DNA from: Chara braunii
Lineage: Eukaryota > Plantae > Charophyceae
DNA length: 52,664 bases
Direction of reading: 5' to 3'
NCBI GenBank assembly: GCA_003427395.1
Contig: BFEA01000004.1
Location: forward strand, 1,593,812 to 1,646,475
The translations under genes were made by a program, and so were the position numbers. The notes below the pieces were generated by a model. It worked only from the letters and a program-made list of their open reading frames with translations. It was not told where the DNA came from and searched no databases. Position 1 is the first letter of the stretch. Each line of letters opens with the position of its first letter. Shown here piece by piece: positions 1-11,266 of the stretch.

Positions 1-75
1 GGGGGGAGGAGAAGGAGCAGGAGCCAGGGGGGAGGAGAAGGAGCAGGAGCAGGGGGAGAAGAAGAGGAGGAGGTG
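1..75. repeat. Purine-rich degenerate tandem repeat (GGGGGGAGGAGAAGGAGCAGGAGC-like)
   Basis: Unit of about 25 bp visible 2-3 times at the window start. Confidence 0.7.
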
Positions 76-447
76 AAAACTGAAGAAAGGGTAGACAGAG
101 GAAGTTTCCCGGTCATTCCTTTATAGAAGCGAAGATTGTGAAAGTAAGGGAAGGGGGAGGGACCANAATGGATCTTTTTCAACACCAAAATGCAGTCGGA
201 AACTTTGTATGCTGTTAGGGTGGCTCAANGCTGCAGCATGGAAAATTCTTGACATCGTTTCGCTGGCGAAAAAGAAAGGAATGGGTTTTGCCCCTTCCTT
301 TTTTTTCTTCAGAAGTCAAGGATATCTTCAGAGGCCAGCAAGAAAGTGGAATTTACTTCGAAGTTCAAGCCAACCACCCATCTGGGTAAAAAGAAAAGAG
401 GAAAAAGCAACGTGTCCAAAATTTCAAAATGTCTATATACTTGGTTT

Positions 448-550
448 GTCCTTCGGGAGATCCGTTAAAATTGGAACGGTACAGAGAAGATTAGCATGGC
501 TCCTGCCCAAGGATGACACACAGAACTCGAGAAATGGTCCTCCAAATTAT
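448..550 (+). pseudogene. U6: U6 snRNA copy, probably a pseudogene
   Basis: Reads GTCCTTCGGGAGATCCGTTAAAATTGGAACGGTACAGAGAAGATTAGCATGGCTCCTGCCCAAGGATGACAC...TCGAGAAATGGTCC. ACAGAGA box and AGC triad are intact. Substitutions in the ISL, no oligo-T terminator, and a TATA-like motif only ~14 bp upstream. Confidence 0.9.
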
Positions 551-635
551 TAAACATGGACTTTGGTTTTGTAGTACTTGTTGTAAGTTTCTTTCCTAAA
601 GTTTCTTTCCTACCCTTGCTTATATGAAAGCCTGC

Positions 636-736
636 AACTTCACATTCACAAACTTCACATTCACAAACTTCACATTCACAAACTTCACATTCACAAACTT
701 CACATTCACAAACTTCACATTCACAAACTTCACATT
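636..736. repeat. Minisatellite, 15-bp unit AACTTCACATTCACA, about 6.5 copies
   Basis: Perfect tandem units; explains the CEVCE and FTFTN ORFs. Confidence 0.95.
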
Positions 737-1158
737 TGCAATTTCGCATCCTCAATTTCCCAGACAATGCATTGCTTACTGTTGCGTGCTTGGTCCTTTC
801 GACGGGGCACTCAGAAGCGGCCGAAGTGGATAGGACAAAAACGGACGGTCAGGAAATGGTGAGGAGCGGACGAGGGATCATACCAGGAGGAGGTGCAATG
901 GTAGAGAGAGAAGGAGAAAATACAAGGTCAGTACTGGTTGTTGTTAAGCCCCGGTACACAAGCAAGGTATGCCGTTCAACGCACCCGGCTTTTCGTGGAT
1001 GTACCGGCCCGCCTGCACCATGTCAAAAGCAGTCATGATAAAACCTGTTCAGGGCCCCGCAGAAGGGTCTCGCGCGCTGGCAGTTTATGTAAGCATCAAC
1101 AAAAAATAGTTGAAGGGGACATGATGGAAACGGATATCCCGTTGAAAGTGATTGAGAT

Positions 1159-1282
1159 TGGGCCTCGCTGCACTGCTCACCAAGTGCACAAAAGACAGAA
1201 TTTATGCCTGTGTATCTCTCCGTGTTCTTGCGGAAGATTCACTCCGATTTTGTGCATTTGGTGAGTGGTGCGGTGAGGCCCA
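1159..1282 (+). other. 35-bp inverted repeat hairpin (pre-miRNA-like or small MITE)
   Basis: Arms at 1159-1193 and 1248-1282; all 5 arm differences form G.U pairs on the + strand. Confidence 0.7.
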
Positions 1283-4200
1283 TAGGATAAGAACTTAGCG
1301 CAGATCACATGGACAAAAGGAAGTTTAGAAGGGAGAAAAAGGGAGGGAAAGACAGGCTGAAAAGGGGCAGAAGCGGTCAAGGGGGGCAGGGGAGGGGGGG
1401 GGAGTACGGGAAGGAAGGGCAAAGAAGAAGTGGGAAAAAAACCCCTCTCTTTTGCTGCTGGGCATCAGTCGTACGAAACCGCTACTAATAGCATTGCATC
1501 CCACACTGCACAGCCGGATATCTGGGCCGCTCTTTTTGTCCGGAGGCATCTGGCTGTACCAAATTTCCCAGTGGAATAACTCAGTTGTATAAGACCTGGG
1601 CGTCAGTTTGATTAGAATGTGGACCTTATCAGGGCCAGGAGTACCCTGGGCCTAGATATGGAGCGCCACACCCTCTTTCTTTTTGCAAGAAGATCCTCCT
1701 TTCGAGTAACCGAGTTGTGGTTGAGCTGCTCTGGAATTCCCGTGAGTGCGGGTGGGTGCGGCTAGAGTGTTAACTCTTTGTGAATGGATAATTGGCATTG
1801 TGGTGATGAGTTGCGATTTTTTGGGGTTGAAGATTTATCTGTTTTGGGTGTGGGGATGAAGTGTAAGTCGAGTCAAATCTTTTCTGTTTTGGGGTTCGTA
1901 TTCCCTCTTTTGGAAGGGAACATGGAAGGGGGGGGAAGAGATAGCCTGCTTATTTTCGCTGTTTGCCGACAAGTGTGTTTTTTTCTGCTACGGTGTCCGT
2001 TTGCTCTTTGCTCGATGATAGGAGATGAGGAGGTGGCAGTGATAGCCTCCGATGGACCGCACATCAGATCTTAGAGTGATCAGAACAGATACTACACTTT
2101 ATGTTAGCCAAAAGGCCGAGAAAGGTATGATTAATTTTCCAGGATGTAGAAACTCCGACGAAACAGTTTGTCACAGCCCCTCGCAAGCGCTAGCGCCGCT
2201 TCGGTAAGCGCTATCTCGAAGCGCTTTCGCGGGCACCCGGTGAATCCTCCACGCGCCATTGCACGCTCAGGTGCGGCGGTGAACTTTTCACACGGGAAAA
2301 TTCGTGACGCGCGCAGCCCATCATCACGGATCGAGCTCATTAGTAACAAGGAAAGACTCTAAAGGAGAGCGAGCCAACTCAACACCCCGCCACGCCCACG
2401 GGCGTGGCAACTCCCATCCAAGTGAGCAAGCGGACAAAAAGCGCGCAAGAAGGAGGGCGAGGGTATTGGAACGTGGAGACGGCCGGCGCAACTGTAGAGG
2501 AGAGCAAAAGAGGAGTGGGGAAACCTAAGAATAGGAAAAGACAACAGAGACAAAAGGGGAGGAGAAGAGCTCGCGTTCAGGGACAGAAGATAGGGAGGAG
2601 GGGAGAGAAGGAGATGACCCTATTTTCAGGAAGAAACAAAGAGAGTGGTCGCTACCCGGCGAAGGCAAGCCCCGTCACGCGAATAGTGGGGTAAAGGAAA
2701 GGACAAGGGCAAGGAAGGACGAGCAGCGACACAAGTTCGAACAGGCGGTGGTCTGACCCCGGAATCTTTCGCAACGAGAACTAAGAAGGACAAGAGAGGC
2801 AAGGGCGCGAGAGACTCAAGGTGGTAAGAGGAGAGGGGGACAGAATCAGGAAGGGAGGAGAGGACAAAAAGCAAGGAGGGGCAGGGAGGGCGGAAGGGCC
2901 AAGACAAACAAGAAACCGATACCCGCAGGGGAGAAGGGAGCGCATCATCCAAGCCCACAATCATTATCCCTATACGGACGGAAGGGAGAACACACGACCT
3001 CATTCAGGAAATACGGGTAAGTTTTTCACCAAACAGTTCAATCGAGTGCTTTGAGATCGTAAGAGACAAGGACTCACGTGACAGGTCAAGAAGGGGACCG
3101 AAGATTGTTCAAGGAAAGAGCCTACCATCCAAGCAGCCATCGGCTTCCAACGAAGGCAAAGAGACAAACGAAAGGGCAGCGACGAGCAAACATTAACACT
3201 TGTCGGATTAACGCGACTTCCTTCCAATATTTATTTGTGATTATTATTCCTATTATTACATATTCTTTTTACTTTTCTTTCCAATTCATTATTCGTCTAA
3301 TTATTGCCACTCAAATGCTTTTTAGTTGTATTCATTAATTTAATTATTACATATTCTTTTTAAGATTCATTCCAATTCATTTTTCGACTCACTTTTGTTA
3401 TTCAAATTCTTTTTAGTAGCGCGCGCGCGCACTCACACCGGGAATCGATAACACTATTTCGAAGTGCTTTCGCAAGCACACGAGCCAATTTGCCAGTACG
3501 TTTTCCTTTACTACTTATTCAGCTCATTATTGGAGCCAAACTTTCGGGCATCGCACTCCTCGGCAAATATACTATAAATTCGCCAACTTTGCAACTTTTA
3601 ACCGACTTCCCCGCGTTAATTAATAAATCAGTCATTGTTTCAAACCTTTGTCGTGTACTCACTGATTGCACTTTGCTCAACAACTAAACACCGGGTTTCA
3701 AACAGAACGGACACGATGATAAATATACGCTTGATCCATCAGAGGAGCAATCAGCGACACCCTCCCAAGCTCCCATCCCACTCCCACAAGTGCACGAGAC
3801 AGAATAAATCGCCCTCTCCGGCATCACTATCCACCCCGATCCAGTCCTTTGCACGAGAAGACAGCATTTGTCCTCTCATCAACTTCTGACGTACTCCGGG
3901 CCCCGCTCAAAATAACCCAATCCCTCTTTCAACCAGACTTACCCCACCCCCACCCTACACGAGAAGGATTACACCCCCCACCTGTTCTCCACCTCCCACG
4001 TCGGTCCCGATCGACCACTTTCCTAGTCCCAATCCTAAGTCCCACACTTCAGTACCGATTCACGCTGCACACCCTTCCCAATCCAATACAGCTTCCAACA
4101 CTCCCAGACCGCATCCCACTGTCACCCTGGCATGAGAATAGCCATTCCGCCCTCCACGACCTTATAAGTCGTGACTATACTAACCCTCTCCGTACTAATC

Positions 4201-4483
4201 CCGATCCCAAATCTACCATTTCTACCCAAGCTTCCACCCGGACCCCGTGCTCTCCATTCCAATCCCCACCTCTGCCAGATCCGACCTCTCCCCACATCCG
4301 TCTCAACCCCAACTCGTCTTCACCAGCAGTACCACCGTTGCGTACCCTCTTCCCCCCTGACCCCACCGCAACCAAGATTCATTCGCCCCACTTAGTAAAC
4401 CCAATTCAGTTCGGCTCCAGACCCACTCTGCAATGGAGGGAATGGGAATAGAAACACAAAACTGACTTGCAGAACAAACCAGG

Positions 4484-6052
4484 ATGCCTCTCATCAAAAC
4501 AACCAGAAGCATAGACCACGGTGGAAACAACAAAGAGGAGGTAGTGGTCTACGAATGCCCGAAAAAATTGACAACAAAGCAAGAACAACTTCATCAAAAG
4601 CACGCAGTTCTGTTCACATTCTCCAAAAAAAGTCAGGAATTGGACAGACAAGCGAAGTTGAAATGGATCTGGGAAAAACTGAAGAGTCTGGAACCAATTC
4701 AAGGACAGGAACCAAAAGTGTCCTTCCATCCAAGGTCAAGGAATGTCCTAATGGTCCTATGTATGGAAGAGGCACTAGCATCCTTCCTGAAAAACAAATG
4801 CTTCACATGCAATTCATCTGTAGTCACCGTACATCCATGGAATCAGGCAACGAACTTCCAACAAACGCCATTCAGGTACAAACAAGATTTACTGAAAAAG
4901 AACTTTTGGATTCAGTTCGACAGTGTGCCAGAGGGTATGCACGGATGCATAAAGGAGAGAGTGCGAATGGAATTCGGACACTACAAGGAAGCCCACTGAA
5001 TAGTCTCAACGCCAGACTTCCTCACACCACAGCACAACCAGATGACGGTAGTCTTGGAAACAGGAGACAGCAGCTTACCTTTCATCCCTGATGAATGGTT
5101 ATTTTCGCAGGAGAATAAAGTGACCAGAATAACAGTATCCAGCAAAAGCAACCCCCTCTGTTTCAAGTGCAGACAAAGGGGACATATGGGCACGGACGCA
5201 AACTGCTCGAAGACCCTGGAGAGTGCGAAACCCAAAGCGCTCAGAACAGCCAATCTGCAGGAAGTCGCAGGCAAAAAAGGATATTGGTATCTCCCGGAGA
5301 CACAGTACGCTGGGTGGGTATTCAACGACAACCTGGACACACCAGACTGGGTCTGGATCATTGATGGTGAACCAACCCCCAGGCCGGATGTCTATCCCCC
5401 CTTCGACAGCAGATGCCAAACCCTCAAGACAGGGAAAAAAAAAAAACAAGGTCTTCACAAAGGACCCGGTGATAAACGTAGAATCACTGAAACATGAAAG
5501 TTGGGAGAGAGATCTACACGCAGACTTACAGCGGTGCAAGAGAACACCGAAAGGGAGTGGGTTGAGGCAGGCAAAAGGTACCAGGAAGAGGAGGGACCGA
5601 AGGAAGGTCCCCAACAGCAAAGGACCTACGAACGAAGAGGAAGGAGAGGACACAACAAAACCACGCAGAGGAAGGACAAGGAAACCGAAGGAACGGACGA
5701 GTCCATGGATGATGGGAATGGGACTCCAACTCACAGGGGAAAGAAAAATCAGCAAAATCCCGCTGTTGGCGAAAAAAGGAAACACGCAGAGGACCAAACG
5801 GAAAGGGACTCAGCGGACGAGGACCATGAACAGGACACAAATGATGGTTATCCCTGGTCAGGGCAGCAAGAAAGTGAATTGAGGAAATGCATTCAGATAT
5901 ACGAAAAAGAAAGAAGGGACAACTACAAACTGCAGCTAATTCTCCACAGAGAGGAAGAGAAAATCAAGCAAAAAGCAGAACTGGGCGCCATGCCCATGCA
6001 CATCCCTCTCATGGATAACCCATTTGCACCGTTGAAAAGGAGGAAGAATTAG
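4484..6052 (+). pseudogene. LINE ORF1 (gag-like, zinc knuckle), broken by stop/frameshift
   Basis: Pieces 4484-4999, 5042-5497 (CFKCRQRGHMGTDANC knuckle) and 5501-6052 (charged low-complexity); lies upstream of ORF2. Confidence 0.75.
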
Positions 6053-6099
6053 CAACCTTTTTCGCAGAAAAATACTGCGCGACAAAAGAAGACCAGGAA

Positions 6100-6717
6100 A
6101 TGGTCTGCGAGGAGAAAAACGCAGAGGAAGAGAAGAGGAAGAAACAAACCAGGCAAAAAAAGATGCAGAACTACAAGCCAACCCAAATCCTCGAGGAACA
6201 GACGAAACAAAAGGGACGAAACGAGCCAGGGAAAGAGTTGTCCACGGACGCTATTCTCGGTATCCAGGTCCAAGCCTTATATGTCCAGAATGCAAGTCTC
6301 ACAGACCTGAACAGAGAGATTTCCCTCCGCACGGTGGCTATCCAAGACCTGCAGCACAAGGACCACGATGCTTTGTGGGAAAGAGCCAGGAAGGAAGCTG
6401 GCACCCTCTTACCATCCCGTGCTGTTATTCCCATCCAAAAGGACGCACTCACAGAGGAGTGGAATATCGCAGTCCACGAAGATTTCACAGTGCCCAAATG
6501 GCAATTGGGACAAAAAAAGGAGGATCTGCTGAAAAAGATCAGCAAGGGAAGTGACCCAACCTTCATGGGCCTAGCCGGGGGGCTGCAAAAAGAAAGGGAA
6601 ACAACTCATGCAATGACTTCACAAGACGAAGAAAGCATAGAGCAAACACACTTCGATGCACGCCCGCTGCTTGTTTGCCTTGACCACAAAGCACAACTTT
6701 CAGATGATCTGAAATAG
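6100..6717 (+). CDS. Unknown ORF inside the LINE between ORF1 and ORF2 (possible ORF1 extension)
   Basis: 205-aa open frame with the same A-rich sense-strand composition; no recognised motif. Confidence 0.35.
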   Translation: MVCEEKNAEEEKRKKQTRQKKMQNYKPTQILEEQTKQKGRNEPGKELSTDAILGIQVQALYVQNASLTDLNREISLRTVAIQDLQHKDHDALWERARKEAGTLLPSRAVIPIQKDALTEEWNIAVHEDFTVPKWQLGQKKEDLLKKISKGSDPTFMGLAGGLQKERETTHAMTSQDEESIEQTHFDARPLLVCLDHKAQLSDDLK

Positions 6718-6943
6718 AAACCATGGTGGTGGATAGCTTCTCTGCCCATCACACCGCTGGGCAATGAATCGACGATGACACAGAATGCAGTGGCGCTGGT
6801 CACCTTAATCGAATCTAGGATTCTTGCACGGGACGAAAATGAACTCCCCACCCTCTTAGATCCGCTAGAGGGGGAGCTGGAGAGCAGTTCCCAATCCTAG
6901 ACTCAGAAAACAGAACCCTCTAGGAGGCAAGAACACGTAAAAC

Positions 6944-9900
6944 ATGAAAGTAACAAGGGGGGATTTGGTAATACAATCCTGGAATGTGAGAGGCTTAGCG
7001 ACAATTCTGTCAAATCAGGAAAAATGGAACTATTTCCTCAACACTACAGGATGGAAGGGATCAGATCCGCCGGACATAATCTGCCTCCAAGAGACACATT
7101 TAACCAATACAACAACACACACAAAAATAGAAAAGGAAATCATGAGAAGATTAAGAAACTGTGCAACGGTAGTTACCTCACACAGTCCACAACTTGCCTC
7201 AGCAGGCGTAATCACAATAGTACACAAACAGGCAATAGAGTTACAACAGATTCAAATCAAAACAGCAACAGCAGACTCGACAAATGGAAGGTGGACTGAA
7301 ATGAGCTAAACCATAAAGGAGAAGACATCTCAATAGTGAATGTATATGCCCCAAACGCAGCAGCGGAGAGAATCGGGTTCTTCGAGGAAGTAAAACAACT
7401 AGTACCAACACAAACACACGCAATCCTAGTAGAAGACTGGAAAAGGACACAAAAAACCCGCTTAGACAGAATCTCGTGGGCAGAAGAAGGATCACAAGAC
7501 CCAGCAGGATCAACTCTCATACAACTAACAACAGAAAAAAAATCTCATAGACCCGTTCAGTGTCCGCAACCCGGAAAAAAAAGATTACACGTGCATCAGG
7601 AAAACAAGTCAAGGTAGAACCACTTTCTCCAGAATAGACTTTTTTCTCATATCAGAGGCATTGGAAGGAGCAGTCATAGACTGCAAAATAGGAAGGCTGC
7701 CACATTATGACGGATATGATCACAACCTAATAAACCTAAACCTGGCATTAGCATTGGAAAATGTACCAGGCAAGAGTTTTTTTAAACTAAACACCTCACT
7801 CCTAAACCTGAACACCTTTAAACAGGAGTTCAAAACCATATGGGGGGGTATCAAAGAGAAGCTCGGGAGAGGCGAGACTCTAAGAGATTTCCCAAAAGCC
7901 ATACAAGAAATAAGTNAGTGGGCAAGTGGCTTCTCAAGAAGGGAAGCAGGCAGAAGGAAAGCGAGACAACAAAGCCTCGAGGCCATGGTGGAATTAGCAA
8001 AGTTTNACCTCATANCAAACCCNNNAGAAAGACTATACGAGCAACTTCTNGAGGAAGCAAGAGCGGAACTCAGACAATGGGCAGAATGGAGAAGACANGG
8101 CCTAGCTATGAGAGCCAGGGTAANGGATTGGGAATGCAATGAATGCATGACAAAGTTCTTCTTCCAAAGAATCAATGCAAACCACAGAAACAGCAGAATT
8201 CAGGCCNTAAAAGACTCCTTAGACACTATACAAACAGGGCAGGNAGGCTTATTGAGAGTAGCATCAGAATTCTACCAGAATCTCTACTCGTCCAAAACCT
8301 TCCTGGAAAACAGTGGGAACNTACAGAGGGCAAGANCAAAATTCCTNAAGCACCTGGACAAAAGCCTGAACCAAGAGGCAANAGACCTGCTAGAAAAAGA
8401 AATCACCAAGACAGNGCTTTATGAGGCTCTAAAGAGCATGCAACCAAACAAAACCCCAGGAAAAGATGGGCTTCCAAAGGAGTTTTGGCAAAACAACTNG
8501 TACCTCCTAGGGGAGACAGTAACGAACTTTTTCAAGGATGCTTTCACCGAAGGATCCCTAGGGGAAGACTCTAGCACGGGAGTGGTGACGCTACTATACA
8601 AGAAGGGGGACAGAGACGACATAAAAAACTACAGACCCATAACACTACTTCCAGTGATTTACAAGATTTTAGCCAAGACCCTGGCCAACAGGATAAGGAA
8701 CATAACTGATAAGTGTTTTCANATAGACCAAACAGGATTCATACCCGGAAGATACATATTAGACAATGTAGTAACTTTAAACGAAGCCACTAAAATTATA
8801 AAGGACAAAAAAGTACAANNANCCATACTCTTTTTCGACTTTGAAAAGNCCTNCGACCAAGNAAATTGGGATTTCCTGCAGCAAAGCATGGAAAAGATGG
8901 GTGTAGGCCCAAATTTTAGAAGGTGGGTAAGAGTTCTCTACGGGGATGCCAGAGGAATGGTACAAGTAAATGGGCACCTTTCCGAAACCTACAGAATGTC
9001 CAGATCAGTAAGGCNAGGAGACCCCCTTGCAGCCCCCATATTTCTTTTCGTCATGGAGGCAATANCANCNTTNCTCCGCAAAGACCCATCAATAGAAAGA
9101 CTCACAGTNCANCAGGACGGAACGCATCTTCCCATCCCAACAACTATTCTCTTCGCAGACGACNTGACCGTTNTAATCAGGGCATCAGACTCATCCTTTT
9201 TAGCCCTCACTAAAGCAATGCAAGCTTTTCAATTGGCTNCAGAAATGAAGATTAACTGGAACAAAACAGNNGGTTGGTGGTTAGCAGACTCTCACCCCCC
9301 ACAACAAACACAAGACACCCAGGGCCTGCAATGGCTAGACGCACAACAACCAATGCGCTTCCTAGGAATCAACACATCTATACTGTCTATGGGATGGTAC
9401 GTAGCTTCCCTGTGGAACCCACCGACAAGTTTCTTCACAACGCTTAAAAAGAAAATAGGGGCGTACCTCTGGACAGGTAAAGCGGAAAAAGAACGCTACA
9501 TCAGCAAAGTAGCCTGGAAATATATCACTAGAACAAAACAGAAGGGGGGGCTAGGGTTACTGAACCCAGCAACACAGTTTAAAGCCCTTCAGCATAAGTG
9601 GATAATCAAATTGCTGTTTAACAAAGAGTTACCATGGCACGAAATGGCACTTCACCAAATCCGAAACCTCATCCCTTTCAAAGCTGACCCCTCCATAAAA
9701 GGCTACCATTGGATCATGAACCCATCATGGAACCCAAGAAAGGGAGGGAGAGAAAATCGGTCGAACAACAACGATCCACCAAGTGAGCACTGGGCGACTT
9801 CAATAAAGAACTGGAGAACTTGCTTCCCAAAAAAGATCAGATCCCCAAGAATAAAAGAAGAAGTACTGAGGCAACCACTTTTTGGAACCCCCCTGCTGAG

Positions 9901-11266
9901 AGACCCAGAGGACAACCCATGGTCACTGAACACTAAGGGAAAACGATGGAGAAAATGGATCGGCGGAGGAGTGTGGAAGATTGACCATATTTGGAACTTA
10001 GAGGAAAACAGATGGACTACCACACAAGAGCTCAGAACCAAACTGAAAGGAGTCCACAACCTAAACGATCAACTACAAAGCATACTGGAGAGCATCCCGC
10101 TAAAGTGGGCTCTAATCCTCAGGAACAAAACAAGATGGGAAGTGGGAGACTGGGCAACAGCGAAGGATGCNGATTCCCCAACAGAGGCGTTCAAACTGAT
10201 CAAATTGCCGAACATAGACGAAGGGAGAGTGGAGGTCGATGTACATGAATCAAAAGAAGTACACAAATCGTGGGTGAAAATTGGTAAGGTCACAGACACA
10301 GGGAAAGAAAGAGAACTGAAAAATCTCAGAAAGGTCAGAGTTTGCACGTTCAAAAAGAACTCGGGACAAAACCAGTCTAACCTCTCGGACCTAAGCAGGT
10401 TGAGGCTCTTCCGACCAGATCTTGACATTAAAGACCTAGAGGTAGACCCAGCCGAATGGGGATGGATGGTACCCAGTACCTCAGGAAAAGCCAAAAAACT
10501 CACAACAATCTACAATTATGAGGTCAAGATAGGCTATAAAGTCGGCAACCTCACAAAGAACCCACTCCCAGCAATCTCAGAAAGGTGGGAAAAGAATCTA
10601 GACGCAAGCGCAAGGTGGCCGGCAGAAATCCCTTGGAGTCAATTCATGAGCATAAGACCTGCCAGGATCAGAGGTTTACAATGGCTTATAATCTATTGGG
10701 CACTACTGGTCAACCAAGGGCTAGCCAAAAGGAGAAATCAGGATGATCCTCACAACCAAAACTCACATTGCAAAGTCTGCAACCTGAACATGGAAGAATC
10801 GTTAGTCCACTGTCTGATTGACTGCCAACAAGCCCAGGAGATGTGGAGGGGAACCAAGGAGACGTGGTCTAAACTCACCGGCCAGGAATTCCCAGCCAGC
10901 CAGGAATTCCCAGCCAGCCAGCTGTACCTGTTATCAGGTAGACACGAGAAAGAAAATCTTCAAGAAGACAGAAAGATGGTTGCAGAACTGTGGAGAAGAG
11001 CAACACTATGGGTAATATGGAAAGCGAGATGNAAAGCTACATTAGAAAGCCAAACCTCGAGCACAGAAGAAAAAAGGACGGAGATAAATAACATCATACA
11101 AACAGAAATAAGGGCGCGCTGGTATAGGGAGCTAAAGGAACAACAGAAGGTATCTCTAGCAGACAAGAAGGAACTAAGACGTAAAAACTTCACAAAACTA
11201 TGGCTACTGGAGGAAAAAATAGCGAAATTAGAAGGAGAGAACCTGCTTTTCACAAACTGGGATTAA
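6944..11266 (+). pseudogene. LINE ORF2: APE endonuclease + reverse transcriptase + zf-RVT
   Basis: APE motifs SWNVRGL, IICLQETH, NVYAP, SRIDF, DHN. RT motifs KTPGKDG, NYRPITLL, DQTGFIPGR, DFEK, GDPLAAPIF, FADD, FLG. C-terminal CKVC..HC..C. Stop at ~7307 and frameshifts in the endonuclease region. Confidence 0.95.

Noticed and set aside
370-440. Functional U6 promoter (USE-like CCCATCTGG plus TATA)
   Set aside because: USE-TATA and TATA-start spacings do not fit plant Pol III type-3 promoters
465-833. Cys-rich CEVCE ORF (metallothionein-like) and the FTFTN ORF
   Set aside because: Both are translations of the 15-bp minisatellite and overlap the U6 copy
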